64,000 bases of DNA from a bacterium TMED161 (GCA_002171125.1 NHHK01000020.1:7629-71628); one strand, 5' to 3'; shown: positions 47,858-58,152, counted from the stretch's first letter. Numbers and translations: made by a program. Notes: a model not told the origin generated them from the sequence alone.

Positions 47858-48813
47858 TGTTTTTAAATGCAACAGAGCAAACAACATGGCTTCCACAACA
47901 AGCATCTACAATAGCCAGTGAGGTTGATGCTTTATTTTATTTTATATATTATTGGACATTAATTTTTCTTGGAATAGTTGCTTTCTGTGTATTTTACTTT
48001 GGATGGAAATATCGGAGTTCTAATAATAATAGCAAGGCTCCTAAATCTGCAAGCCATAATACTCCTCTTGAAATAGCCTGGACAGTAATTCCATTTATTC
48101 TTGTTATGATCGTTTTCTTTTGGGGTGCTGGATCTTACATGAAAATGAATGTTATTCCTTATGGTGCTATGGAAATAAATGTAAAAGCGCAAAAATGGGC
48201 TTGGAATTTTAAATATAAAGAGGGCTTTTCTAACCCTAGAGATCTAGTTGTTCCTGTTAATACGCCAATAAAACTAATTATGGAATCTCAAGATGTATTG
48301 CACAGCTTTTACGTTCCGGAGTTTCGTGTAAAAATGGACATAATTCCAAATAGGTATATGATGACATGGTTTGAAGCCACAAAAATAGGTGAATACGATC
48401 TTCTTTGTACGGAATATTGTGGTGCAAGTCATTCTGAGATGAATGGTAAAGTCATAGTCAAATCCCAAGAAGATTATGAAGATTGGCTTGAAAAAGTTAA
48501 TGTAATTGACGAATCTATTCCGCTTGTTGAAGTTGGTGAAACTGCATATGAAAAACATGCTTGTAATACTTGTCATTCTATTGATGGTAGTTCAATGATT
48601 GGGCCATCATTTAAAGGTATTTGGAATACTATAGCAGAGCACGTTTCTACTGAGGATAAATTAATTGATGAAAATTATATTAGAGAATCTATACTATATC
48701 CTCAAAAACATATCGTTAAAGGCTATGAAAATGGAAATATGCCTTCTTATAAAGGTTTAATAAGAGATAGAGAAATTGAAGGATTAATAGAGTATATTAA
48801 ATCACTTAAGTAA
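47857..48813 (+). CDS. ctaC: Cytochrome c oxidase subunit II with fused C-terminal cytochrome c domain (caa3 type)
   Basis: Two N-terminal TM helices, CuA motif [20 protein letters not shown], and a C-terminal CNTCH heme c motif. Confidence 0.92.
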   Translation: MFLNATEQTTWLPQQASTIASEVDALFYFIYYWTLIFLGIVAFCVFYFGWKYRSSNNNSKAPKSASHNTPLEIAWTVIPFILVMIVFFWGAGSYMKMNVIPYGAMEINVKAQKWAWNFKYKEGFSNPRDLVVPVNTPIKLIMESQDVLHSFYVPEFRVKMDIIPNRYMMTWFEATKIGEYDLLCTEYCGASHSEMNGKVIVKSQEDYEDWLEKVNVIDESIPLVEVGETAYEKHACNTCHSIDGSSMIGPSFKGIWNTIAEHVSTEDKLIDENYIRESILYPQKHIVKGYENGNMPSYKGLIRDREIEGLIEYIKSLK

Positions 48814-48824
48814 AAAGAGGAACA

Positions 48825-50450
48825 ATGAGAGAATATTTAGAAAAAAATTATTTAAATGAAGAAACAACAATTAAATCATGGTTATTTACTGTAGACCATA
48901 AAAGAATTGGTTTAATGTATCTGTTTGCAATAATGTTCTTCTTCGCAGTAGGTGGCTTCCTAGCATTAATGATGAGATTAGAACTTTTAACGCCTGCTGG
49001 AGGAGATATCTTAGATAAAAATACTTATAACGTTTTTTATACTTTGCATGGCGCGATAATGATATTTATGTTTATTATTCCTTCAGTACCAGCAGCTATG
49101 GGTAATATAATAATGCCAATAATGTTAGGTACAAAAGATGTAGCATTTCCAAGATTAAACTTAGCTAGTTGGTATGTTTATGTTGTAGGTAGTTCTATAG
49201 GAATTTTTTCAATCATATCAGGAGGTGTTGATACAGGTTGGACATTCTATACACCCTATAGTAGCTCAACTGATACAGCAGTTATTTCAATGACATTTGC
49301 AGTATTAGTTTTAGGGTTTTCATCAATTTTTACGGGTATAAACTTTATTGTTACTATACACAAAATGAGAGCCCCTGGAATTACATGGTTTTCAATGCCT
49401 TTGTTTGTTTGGTCTTTATATGCAACAGCTTTAATTCAAATTTTAGCAACTCCAGTAATTGCTGTTACTATGCTATTATTAATTATGGAACGAACATTCC
49501 AAGTTGGAATTTTTGATCCAGCCATGGGTGGAGATCCGGTTTTATTTCAACACTTTTTCTGGTTTTATTCGCACCCAGCGGTTTACATAATGATTTTACC
49601 CGGAATGGGAATTATAAGTGAGTTAATTTCAACATTCTCAAAAAAGAAAATTTTTGGTTATACATATATCGCAGCTTCAACCATGGCTATTGCTCTATTT
49701 GGTTTTCTTGTATGGGGACATCACATGTTTACTTCACAGTCAGAGTTTGCTGCGCTTATTTTTTCAATTATTACATATCTAACAGCTTTACCCTCAGGTG
49801 TTAAAATATTTAACTGGTTAGCTACATTATACAAAGCAAAAATTAGTTATGAGGCGCCAATGCTATATGCAATAAACTTCTTATTATTGTTTGCAATTGG
49901 TGGATTGACTGGAATCTTCCTTGGAACTCTGTCTGTTGATATTATGTTGCATGATACATACTTTGTAGTTGCTCATTTCCATTATGTTATGATGGGAGGT
50001 ACTGTAATTGCATTTTTAGGAGGATTACATTATTGGTGGCCAAAGATATGGGGTCGAATGTACAGTGAGAAATGGGCAAGGATATCAGCTATTCTAATAT
50101 TCTTTGGTTTTAATTTAACATTTATTCCACAGTTTATTATGGGCTCGCTTGGAATGCCCAGAAGATATTGGCAGTATGATGGTTTAGTAAATACAGATAT
50201 ATTCCATTTTTATCATCAATTATCAACATTAGGGTCTTGGTTTATAGCAGTATCATTTATTATTATGCTAGTATACTTGGTGCATTCAATTAAATATGGT
50301 AAAGTTGCAGGTAGTAACCCTTGGGGAGCACTTACACTTGAATGGCAAACTCCATCTCCAGCACCAGCGCATAATTTTTTAGAAGAGCCAAAAATAACAC
50401 ATGGTCCTTACGATTATGATAAAGTAGAAGTGGAAAGGACAATAGATTAA
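48825..50450 (+). CDS. ctaD: Cytochrome c oxidase subunit I
   Basis: Canonical heme-copper oxidase subunit I ([48 protein letters not shown]). Confidence 0.97.
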   Translation: MREYLEKNYLNEETTIKSWLFTVDHKRIGLMYLFAIMFFFAVGGFLALMMRLELLTPAGGDILDKNTYNVFYTLHGAIMIFMFIIPSVPAAMGNIIMPIMLGTKDVAFPRLNLASWYVYVVGSSIGIFSIISGGVDTGWTFYTPYSSSTDTAVISMTFAVLVLGFSSIFTGINFIVTIHKMRAPGITWFSMPLFVWSLYATALIQILATPVIAVTMLLLIMERTFQVGIFDPAMGGDPVLFQHFFWFYSHPAVYIMILPGMGIISELISTFSKKKIFGYTYIAASTMAIALFGFLVWGHHMFTSQSEFAALIFSIITYLTALPSGVKIFNWLATLYKAKISYEAPMLYAINFLLLFAIGGLTGIFLGTLSVDIMLHDTYFVVAHFHYVMMGGTVIAFLGGLHYWWPKIWGRMYSEKWARISAILIFFGFNLTFIPQFIMGSLGMPRRYWQYDGLVNTDIFHFYHQLSTLGSWFIAVSFIIMLVYLVHSIKYGKVAGSNPWGALTLEWQTPSPAPAHNFLEEPKITHGPYDYDKVEVERTID

Positions 50451-51109
50451 TGTCTAAAGAAACAACACCTTATTTTCAACATCATTTTGTTGATCCTGAA
50501 CAGCAGTATGAATCATCTAAATTGGGAATGTGGGCTTTTTTAGTTACAGAAGTGTTGACTTTTGCTGGATTCTTTTGTGCTTATGCTATTTATAGGATGT
50601 GGAATCCTGAAATGTTTATAAATGCACATAAGGCCTTAGATGTTACTATGGGGGCAACAAATACGGTAGTTCTTATCACAAGTTCCTTAACAATGGCTCT
50701 TGCCATAAGATATGTTCAAGTTAATAAACCAAAAGTGGCATTAGTACATTTAATATTGACCTTTTTATTTGCATGCACATTTTTAGTGATTAAATATTTT
50801 GAATATGAACACAAGTTTCATTGTGGACATCTTCCAGGAGCTTTATATAATCCACATGTTTACCCTGATTGTATTCCTATCGAAGGAAATAATCCACATG
50901 TATTTTTTAGTATATATTTTATGATGACTGGACTACACGGAATTCATGTAATAGCAGGTATGGTTCTTATTTTATGGCTTATTTTTAGAACACATAAAGG
51001 TCATTTTACTTCAGCATATTATACGCCAGTTGAGATGGTTGGCTTATTTTGGCATTTAGTTGATTTAATATGGATATATCTTTTCCCACTTCTTTATTTG
51101 ATAGGATAA
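50450..51109 (+). CDS. ctaE: Cytochrome c oxidase subunit III
   Basis: TAATG-coupled. Motifs HHFVDPEQQYESSKLGMWAFLVTEV and YFMMTGLHGIHV..WHLVDLIW. Confidence 0.9.
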   Translation: MSKETTPYFQHHFVDPEQQYESSKLGMWAFLVTEVLTFAGFFCAYAIYRMWNPEMFINAHKALDVTMGATNTVVLITSSLTMALAIRYVQVNKPKVALVHLILTFLFACTFLVIKYFEYEHKFHCGHLPGALYNPHVYPDCIPIEGNNPHVFFSIYFMMTGLHGIHVIAGMVLILWLIFRTHKGHFTSAYYTPVEMVGLFWHLVDLIWIYLFPLLYLIG

Positions 51110-51111
51110 AT

Positions 51112-51480
51112 ATGAGTAATAACGAACATCACATACATATAACACCACTCAAAACATATCTTGTAATCTATTTCACTTTACTTTTAATGACTTTAATTAC
51201 ATTGATTTCTGTTCAGTTTGATTTTGGATCTTTTAATATAGTTATTGCAATGATAATTGCTTCATTCAAAGCCACATTAGTATTATTATTTTTTATGCAT
51301 TTGTTATACGATAATAAAATAAACTTAGCGTTCCTTGTAGCCTCAGTAGTGTTTTTAGCTGTTTTTATTGTTATAACTGCAGTAGATACAAATTATAGAA
51401 ATACTTTATATGACATAAGAGCTAAAGTAGTTGAAGAACAAGCTCCAGCAGAAAATTTTAGAAATAAAAAGTCTTACTAA
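51112..51480 (+). CDS. Cytochrome c oxidase subunit IV (bacterial small subunit)
   Basis: ATG at 51112. HHIHITPLKTYLVIYFTLL.. and FKATLVLLFFMHL match the prokaryotic CoxIV family. The tracked start 51070 overlaps ctaE. Confidence 0.75.
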   Translation: MSNNEHHIHITPLKTYLVIYFTLLLMTLITLISVQFDFGSFNIVIAMIIASFKATLVLLFFMHLLYDNKINLAFLVASVVFLAVFIVITAVDTNYRNTLYDIRAKVVEEQAPAENFRNKKSY

Positions 51481-51501
51481 TTACAAACTAGGTAATATCA
51501 A

Positions 51502-52065
51502 ATGAAACGTCGTAATTATATAGTAATCATTAGTTGCATCATTGTAATTATGGCTATTTTAAGTTTAAATAACATTTCATCACCAAACCCTATTCATAAA
51601 GTATCTTATTTTAGTTTTATGGATCATAATGATAATGTCTTTACAACTAATGAATTAAAGGGTAAAATAACAATTTCTGATTTCTTTTTTACATCATGTC
51701 CAGTAATATGTCCAAGAATGAGTGAGAAAATGAAAGAGTTAGCTGAAATATATAAAAATGATAAAAATATACAATTTCTTAGCATATCAGTTGATCCTGT
51801 AAATGATTCTAAGGAAGTAATAAATAATTATATAAACACAAGAAATTTAAATTATAGCAATTGGTATTTTTTACAAACTGATTCTTCAATTAGTAGTCTA
51901 TTACCAGAAGGATTCTTATTATCAGGAGATAATTTGCCCGGGATGCACCCAACAAAGTTTATTTTAATTAATTATGATGGAGAGATCGTTGGATATTATG
52001 ATCCTGCTATAGAGACTGAATTTAATATTCTTAAAAATAATACAACATACTTACTTAATTCTTGA
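51502..52065 (+). CDS. SCO1/SenC-family copper chaperone (second copy)
   Basis: N-terminal anchor, FFFTSCPVICP (CxxxC) motif and a thioredoxin-like body. Confidence 0.8.
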   Translation: MKRRNYIVIISCIIVIMAILSLNNISSPNPIHKVSYFSFMDHNDNVFTTNELKGKITISDFFFTSCPVICPRMSEKMKELAEIYKNDKNIQFLSISVDPVNDSKEVINNYINTRNLNYSNWYFLQTDSSISSLLPEGFLLSGDNLPGMHPTKFILINYDGEIVGYYDPAIETEFNILKNNTTYLLNS

Positions 52066-52067
52066 TT

Positions 52068-52934
52068 ATGTTTAAAAACTATATATCACTTACAAAGCCA
52101 AGAATATGCCTAATGGTAGCTATTTCTGCATATCTAGGGTACTACTTAGCATTAAGGGTTAATGGCTCTTATATGCTTCAATTAGATGAATGGATTATCT
52201 TTTTTCATCTAATGGTAGGTACATTACTAAGTTCTGCGGGTGCTTGCACCTTAAATCAAGCTATTGAATATAAATCTGATTTAAAAATGGAACGAACAAA
52301 GGACCGTGCTATACCTAAAGGATATATTTCGCCTTTCTCTGGTATGCTCTTTGGTATTATCTGCTCTTTGATAGGAATACTTTATCTACAGTATTATGTA
52401 AATAGCATAGTATCTCTTTTATCTTTATTAACAGTAATTAGTTATATATTCTTATATACGCCTCTAAAAAGGGTTACATATTTAAATACATTAGTGGGTG
52501 CCATTCCTGGAGCATTGCCGCCAGTTGGTGGCTGGTTTGCTGTTTCAAATGATTTCAGCTTAATTACAATTGTATTATTTTCTATAATGTTTTGCTGGCA
52601 GATACCTCATTTTCTTGCTCTTGCTTATATGTATTCTGATGATTACAAACGTGGAGGATTTATTATGCTTCCGAGTTTATATTCTAATCAAATACAAACT
52701 CGTGTACATGTTGTCTTTTTTACATTCATTTTAATCATTATTACGTTTTCACTATATTTTAGTAAACTAGTTGGAATATCATATTTGTTTTTAAATATGC
52801 TTTTGTCTTCAGGTTTTGTATATGCAGTGGTCAAATTTACTATTAATGTTAATATTAATACTGCGAGACAATTATTCTTTGCATCTATTATTTATCTTCC
52901 AATGTTGCTCTTATTAATTATTATTTCTTCTTAA
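52068..52934 (+). CDS. ctaB: Protoheme IX farnesyltransferase (heme O synthase)
   Basis: UbiA-family membrane protein. YISLTKPRI, N-Q-x-I-E-x-x-x-D-L-K-M-E-R-T-K-D-R. Start at ATG 52068 or TTG 52062. Confidence 0.9.
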   Translation: MFKNYISLTKPRICLMVAISAYLGYYLALRVNGSYMLQLDEWIIFFHLMVGTLLSSAGACTLNQAIEYKSDLKMERTKDRAIPKGYISPFSGMLFGIICSLIGILYLQYYVNSIVSLLSLLTVISYIFLYTPLKRVTYLNTLVGAIPGALPPVGGWFAVSNDFSLITIVLFSIMFCWQIPHFLALAYMYSDDYKRGGFIMLPSLYSNQIQTRVHVVFFTFILIIITFSLYFSKLVGISYLFLNMLLSSGFVYAVVKFTINVNINTARQLFFASIIYLPMLLLLIIISS

Positions 52935-52941
52935 AAAAATT

Positions 52942-53952
52942 ATGATATCAGATAGTTCCTTTTCAAAATGGTACGCCTATGGCATTGCTCTAATGATAGT
53001 TATGATTGCTATTGGAGGTATTACGCGGTTAACAGATTCTGGACTATCAATGGTCGACTGGGAGCCGGTCGCTGGTATTTTACCCCCAATTACTAATAAT
53101 CATTGGGAAGAAGAATTTAATCATTACAAGCAATACCCTGAATATAAAGAAATTAATTTAGATATGACTTTAGCTGAATTTAAAATTATATTTTTTTGGG
53201 AATATTTGCATAGAATGGTTGGTAGGATCATTGGATTATTCTTCATTATACCTCTTGTTTATATGCTTTTTAAAAAAAGAATATCTAAAAATGATCTAAA
53301 AGTTGTATTAACAATAATTTTATTAATTATTTCTCAAGGCCTACTTGGCTGGTATATGGTCATGAGTGGATTAAGCCAAAACCCATTCGTAGACCATATT
53401 CGTCTTATGTTACATTTTATGATGGCAATGATTTTAGTATCATATACATACCTGCAATACCTTAAAAAATGTAATTTAAATTCTAAAAAACTTTTAATGA
53501 GTCACAAATCTACCTTATTATTTTTCATTATAGTTTTAATTCAGATAATTTTTGGAACATTTACAGCTGGTTTGAAAGCTGGATATATTTTCAATACATA
53601 TCCATTAATGAATAACAGTTTTTTTCCATATGAGATATTATATAATAGTTCACTAGGTGTTTTTAATAGCCTTATTAACAATTTACCAACGGTTCAATAC
53701 ATTCATCGTACTATTGGATTAATCATTTTATTATGGGCAATTTATATGTTTTCACAAGCATATAAAGAAAAAGATGAGTATTTAGATGAGTTAAGATTAT
53801 CCTTTTTAATTATAATTCAATTTCTATTAGGGGTTTTAACATTGCTAACGAGTGTAAATATATATATTGCATTATTACATCAGGTTAATGCCACTTTTAT
53901 AATAATATTATTTATAAAATTAATTTATTTCAAAAAGTCTAATAGTAAATAA
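52942..53952 (+). CDS. ctaA: Heme A synthase (COX15/CtaA)
   Basis: ALMIVMIAIGGITRLTDSGLSMVDW, EYLHRMVGR and the second-half HR/H pairs (IHRTIG, LLHQ). Confidence 0.88.
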   Translation: MISDSSFSKWYAYGIALMIVMIAIGGITRLTDSGLSMVDWEPVAGILPPITNNHWEEEFNHYKQYPEYKEINLDMTLAEFKIIFFWEYLHRMVGRIIGLFFIIPLVYMLFKKRISKNDLKVVLTIILLIISQGLLGWYMVMSGLSQNPFVDHIRLMLHFMMAMILVSYTYLQYLKKCNLNSKKLLMSHKSTLLFFIIVLIQIIFGTFTAGLKAGYIFNTYPLMNNSFFPYEILYNSSLGVFNSLINNLPTVQYIHRTIGLIILLWAIYMFSQAYKEKDEYLDELRLSFLIIIQFLLGVLTLLTSVNIYIALLHQVNATFIIILFIKLIYFKKSNSK

Positions 53953-55873
53953 CTATATATGATGAAAATGCGATCTCTGGACAATATCCACAAGTTCCAC
54001 AAGTTGGTGGAGCTACACATGAGTTTCCACTCACCCTACAAGCATTATAATCAATAATATTTTCTTCACCTGTTAGAACATATTCGGTAATATCGGTTAC
54101 ATTTAAATCTACATCAAGCCCTGGACACCAGCCAGCTCTTCCATATCCCCACGTACCATATTGATTAGGGATAGTTCCCTCTTCAATCATTTCAAGTGAC
54201 ATACAATGAGTAGTTTGACTTGCTTCAGGATAGGATTGCTCAAATTCATGAACACCTCCATTTACACTAAAAATATGTTTAGAATTACAGAATTCACAAC
54301 AGTTGTAGCACGTTCCATTACCCCATCCATGCCCAGTTAAGTATGATACAAACTCTACTTTCTCTGCATAAGATGGAATTTCAAATGGGGTAGGGGGACG
54401 ATTATCATCATATTCAGGATTGAATAGTACGGTTCCACCCCAAATAGGAATTATTTCCTTTGCAGTAGGAGAATCATCAGTATTATGATAAAGTCTGATT
54501 TTCATTGTTAATAAACTATTTGGCCAACCAGATTCTTGAAATTTTATTGTTTTATTACCACCTAAAAGAGATATGAAAGGAGATATATCAGTTAAATGAT
54601 GAGGCTGACGAGCAAAGGGGGTTATCCATCGAGCAGCTTCATTGCATTCTCTGTTTGAATCCCATGTCATAGTAAAAGTATCTAGACATTCATTTTCAGA
54701 TAAATCATTATAAATGATTTGATAGCAAATCCCTTGATCTGTATCCCAAAGATTACCACCTTCTAAGCAAGTCGGTTCATCTGCATTTCCTAAATAAATT
54801 GTTTCATAGCATTGTCCACTACATATATACATTCTTGCAATTCTATCATAGTCATCACAACCATTATCACTATAATTAATATCTTCACCACATTCAATTT
54901 GAGTACTGCCACCATCAAACAAACCACAGTCAGGACATCCTCTTAGTAACTCAATAGACATTCCAGAGTAGTTTGAAAGTTCTTCATCGCTAGGGAATGA
55001 AACTTCCTTAGAAATTGTTGCTCCCCACCATCCAGAATAAAGTTCTTTTTCAAAAATAACTACTTCGTCATAAGAATCTTCAGGTTCATATAGATTATTC
55101 CATTCAGAATTAAAATATACAGGTTCATGTGCAACATAGCTTATATATGTACCAGTAAATCCATTTGGATTTCCAAGGTATCCGATTTCTCTTATTCTTT
55201 GGAATCGATCTATAGCAATAGCTCTTCTTCCTTGAAGAGCTTCAGTTAACCAATTGTTAAATCCAGAAACTTTATTGGGTACAAAATGAAGATGTTTTCT
55301 CCAATGCCTTGCTTCATCATCACTCATAGTATCTAAGATGTCATCATATATAGCTTTAATATTATTTATATCACTAACAAAAGATGTTCTGTCAGACACA
55401 AAAAAGTAATGAACATTGTCTGGAGACTTTTCTAAAAAATCTTCACGATCTGATGCATTCCAAAGGGTTGAAGAGCCTGATGCGCCAGAATATGATATGA
55501 ATACATATGTATCATTTCCATTCCATTCATTCTCGAATGACCAAGATGGATCTTCAGGTGTTAAAATATTATTTACAATTAATATAACATCTAGAATATC
55601 AATTGTAAGGTCATTATTCATATCTCCTTCATCAAACCAATCAATATTAGTTAGAGTGCCTATTATATATGAAATTTCAAGGATTATATCTTGAATGTTT
55701 ACAGTATCATCAAAATTTAAATCACCACTAAGTGTAGAGTTTAAGTCTGATATCGTAAAAGGGCCGGCTATATCAAAATATCCAGTTCCATAAGGACCTT
55801 CATGAAAGTCTTGAGCTTGAACTATAAGAATAGTAACTATGAAAGAGAGTAAAAAGCGAAAATTGAATTTCAT
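53939..55873 (-). CDS. Secreted Cys-rich protein: signal peptide, N-terminal dockerin-type repeats, C-terminal PNGase-F-like domain
   Basis: Signal peptide MKFNFRFLLSFIVTILIVQA. GDLNFDDTVNIQDIIL..GDMNNDLTIDILDVIL. The C-terminal LTGHGWG..CCEFC..H.F.VNG..GTWGYGRAGWCPGLDV resembles the peptide-N-glycosidase F C-terminal domain family (from memory). Confidence 0.7.
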   Translation of the reverse strand: MKFNFRFLLSFIVTILIVQAQDFHEGPYGTGYFDIAGPFTISDLNSTLSGDLNFDDTVNIQDIILEISYIIGTLTNIDWFDEGDMNNDLTIDILDVILIVNNILTPEDPSWSFENEWNGNDTYVFISYSGASGSSTLWNASDREDFLEKSPDNVHYFFVSDRTSFVSDINNIKAIYDDILDTMSDDEARHWRKHLHFVPNKVSGFNNWLTEALQGRRAIAIDRFQRIREIGYLGNPNGFTGTYISYVAHEPVYFNSEWNNLYEPEDSYDEVVIFEKELYSGWWGATISKEVSFPSDEELSNYSGMSIELLRGCPDCGLFDGGSTQIECGEDINYSDNGCDDYDRIARMYICSGQCYETIYLGNADEPTCLEGGNLWDTDQGICYQIIYNDLSENECLDTFTMTWDSNRECNEAARWITPFARQPHHLTDISPFISLLGGNKTIKFQESGWPNSLLTMKIRLYHNTDDSPTAKEIIPIWGGTVLFNPEYDDNRPPTPFEIPSYAEKVEFVSYLTGHGWGNGTCYNCCEFCNSKHIFSVNGGVHEFEQSYPEASQTTHCMSLEMIEEGTIPNQYGTWGYGRAGWCPGLDVDLNVTDITEYVLTGEENIIDYNACRVSGNSCVAPPTCGTCGYCPEIAFSSYIVIYY

Positions 55874-56009
55874 ATATAATGCCTCTATTTATTATGAATT
55901 TTAACTATTTAATATACTAAAAATCGTTTTTAAATGATATATACTTTATCTTTAGATAGTGAGTCAGATAATCAAGATATAAAATGACCTATATTTTTAA
56001 AGGAATGTA

Positions 56010-56507
56010 TTAAGATCGAATAAAACTATATTCAAAAGAACCAAGCTTTAATATGAAATTATTGAGTGATTTAATCTCAATTGAAAAATTATAATTTGAA
56101 TTTTGATCCTGATTTTCATTATCTAAAAAAATTGAACTATTTAAATTAACATATAACTCATTCTCAGTTGTTACAATCTCCCAATTATCCATATATGAAT
56201 AACAGCCAATGCAAGATGAATTGTCAAGTACCCTAAACTTATTATTTATAATTTGTACACTTCCTATTTTCTCGCAAAACCAGTTGTCATTAAAATAGCT
56301 ATTGTAATCATATAGTAAATTTCCGTCTTTATCGAAACTAAGGGTATCTAATATCCTTAAGGGGTTATTCTTGTATAAATTTGAATATTCATAAATAATA
56401 ATTTCTTTGGGAGTTCCATCAAAATATGTTGACTTAATATGAACAATTGTATTTTGAGAGAATAAAATATTTATAGAGATGTATAATATGATAAATATGA
56501 ATTTCAT
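56010..56507 (-). CDS. Hypothetical secreted protein
   Basis: N-terminal signal-like helix MKFIFIILYISINILFS. No recognisable family. Confidence 0.45.
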   Translation of the reverse strand: MKFIFIILYISINILFSQNTIVHIKSTYFDGTPKEIIIYEYSNLYKNNPLRILDTLSFDKDGNLLYDYNSYFNDNWFCEKIGSVQIINNKFRVLDNSSCIGCYSYMDNWEIVTTENELYVNLNSSIFLDNENQDQNSNYNFSIEIKSLNNFILKLGSFEYSFIRS

Positions 56508-56690
56508 AATGAAAATAATCTAAATAAATAAATAGGAAAAATCAAAGCTATGAAAGTAAAATAAAAACTACTATTTAATTCTCAGATTATTTACTGAGCC
56601 TCGGAACTAGAGGTTTTTATTTTACAAAAAAGAAGTTTTAACTAAAGAAAAATAGTATACGGGATAATTTAAAAAATCACCCCGTAAGGA

Positions 56691-57203
56691 CTACTTAAAT
56701 TCACTCATTATATTTTTTAGCCAAGCAACCATTTGATCTTCACATTTTTCTTCTTCATTATCATAATCAAGGCCAAGACCTAATAATTCATCACCATCTA
56801 AAGCTATTGAATCTCTAAAGTCATAATCATCTCTTTTACACCTACCAATTAATTTTCCACCTTTTTCCATAAATGTTTTTGATAACATACCAATGGCATC
56901 TAAAAAATTATCTGCATATCCAACTGCATCTCCACATCCAAAAAATGCTGCAGTTTTTCCATCAAAATTTAATTGCTCAAAATCCATAAATATAGAATCC
57001 CAATCATCTTGAAGTTCTCCAATATTCCATGTTGGACATCCAATTATTAGATTATCATAATTAAGCATGGCTTCAGGGTCTGCATCAGCAACATTATGAG
57101 AATCAACCTCAAAACCTTCATCTGACAAATACTCCTCTATAAATTCTACGGCTATTTCTGTGTTTCCAGATGTACTACCCCAAAATAAACCAATTTTTTT
57201 CAT
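56691..57203 (-). CDS. fldA: Long-chain flavodoxin
   Basis: KIGLFWGSTSGNTE FMN phosphate loop, CPTWNIGELQDDW, AFFGCGD. 170 aa. Confidence 0.92.
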   Translation of the reverse strand: MKKIGLFWGSTSGNTEIAVEFIEEYLSDEGFEVDSHNVADADPEAMLNYDNLIIGCPTWNIGELQDDWDSIFMDFEQLNFDGKTAAFFGCGDAVGYADNFLDAIGMLSKTFMEKGGKLIGRCKRDDYDFRDSIALDGDELLGLGLDYDNEEEKCEDQMVAWLKNIMSEFK

Positions 57204-57228
57204 TTTTACTCCTTTAAAATTAAAAAAT

Positions 57229-57272
57229 AAAAGGGAGGTAAATCCGGGGCTAATGGATTTTTGCTCCCTTTT
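57229..57272 (-). terminator. Strong terminator-like hairpin in the fldA leader (attenuator or upstream terminator)
   Basis: In minus sense: AAAAGGGAG-caa-AAATCC-attagcccc-GGATTT-ac-CTCCCTTTT followed by ATTTTTTAATTTT. It ends about 25 nt before the fldA ATG and just before its AAGGAG Shine-Dalgarno sequence. Confidence 0.5.
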
Positions 57273-57323
57273 ATATTTATTCGATAATGATTCATGTTCA
57301 TACCACCTATAAAAACTATTAAA

Positions 57324-57329
57324 ATTATA
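57324..57329 (-). promoter_or_regulatory. Candidate -10 hexamer (TATAAT) for fldA
   Basis: Perfect TATAAT in minus sense between the Fur-like box and the leader hairpin. AT-rich context lowers its significance. Confidence 0.3.
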
Positions 57330-57375
57330 CCCGACACAAAAGGTTTTTTTTAATCAAAATAGTTAACAGCTAAAT

Positions 57376-57394
57376 GATAATGAGAATCATTCTC
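57376..57394. promoter_or_regulatory. Fur-box-like operator
   Basis: GATAATGAGAATCATTCTC matches the classical 19-bp Fur consensus GATAATGATAATCATTATC at 17 of 19 positions. It contains the perfect inverted repeat GAGAAT-c-ATTCTC. A weaker half-match, GATAATGATTCATGTTCAT, lies at 57283-57301. Confidence 0.6.
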
Positions 57395-57502
57395 ATTAAT
57401 AGTTTAAGCAAAGATTTTTATTTAAAAAATATTTTTTTTTGATACATATCTCATTTAAAGATAAAAAATATTAATAGTTTATTAGTGAAACAGGAGGATA
57501 TT

Positions 57503-57571
57503 ATGAATATGAGACTATTGAAGCATAGCTATAAAAATATTAAAAAAATTTATACCTGTCATTCTCCATAA
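57503..57571 (+). CDS. Candidate 22-aa micro-ORF (MNMRLLKHSYKNIKKIYTCHSP)
   Basis: An AGGAGG at 57493-57498 lies 4 nt before the ATG at 57503, in the largest intergenic gap of the window and divergent from fldA. There is no homology evidence. Confidence 0.2.
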   Translation: MNMRLLKHSYKNIKKIYTCHSP

Positions 57572-57579
57572 AATTACGA

Positions 57580-58068
57580 TTATTTTTTTCGATCTTTAGT
57601 TGATACCTTATCAATTGAAGTAATTGTAAATTTAGTTTTTTTCCCTTCAATTTCAAGTGTGAATGTATCTTTAACTTCTTTTCCAATTATAGATTGAGCA
57701 AATGGGGTGTGGTAGGTAACAATATCAGGGTATAAATCTAATTCTTGTTCTACAGGTCCAAGTAGGAAGTAGAGTTCAGGCTCATCATTTCCTTCCTCAA
57801 GAATAGATACTTTATTACCAAAAGAAACCTCATCGGTATCGATGTCGTCAAAGTCAACATATTTAAAGGGTGCAAAAGATTGAAGTAATTGCCTTCTGTA
57901 GACAACTAAATCCATTTTCTCTTTTGCTGCTTTGTAATCGTAATTTTCTTTAAGATCTCCATGGGCTGCAGCCTCTTGAATGAGTTTAGCTGTTTCGGAT
58001 CTCAATTTTCCTGTTAATTCTATTTCTTTCTCTAATTCTGTATAGGTATCATGTAAAATTGTTGTCAT
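57580..58068 (-). CDS. greA: GreA-family transcription elongation factor
   Basis: N-terminal coiled coil with GDLKENYDYKAAKE (variant of the GDLSENAEY motif) and a C-terminal FKBP-like domain (VSFGNKVSI..YHTPFAQSIIGKEVKD). Confidence 0.8.
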   Translation of the reverse strand: MTTILHDTYTELEKEIELTGKLRSETAKLIQEAAAHGDLKENYDYKAAKEKMDLVVYRRQLLQSFAPFKYVDFDDIDTDEVSFGNKVSILEEGNDEPELYFLLGPVEQELDLYPDIVTYHTPFAQSIIGKEVKDTFTLEIEGKKTKFTITSIDKVSTKDRKK

Positions 58069-58152
58069 TTTCTCCCTCTAGTTAAAAAAAAATATTTAAT
58101 TTACGTAAATATATATTTAAATGCTCACGTATCAAAACATTTTAAATTTTGA

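Noticed and set aside
56581-56687. Small hairpins downstream of fldA (CTCAG..CTGAG, CCTC..GAGG, TACGGG..CCCGTA) as terminators.
   Set aside because: The stems are short (4-6 bp) and the loops long. They are plausible, but too weak to call individually.
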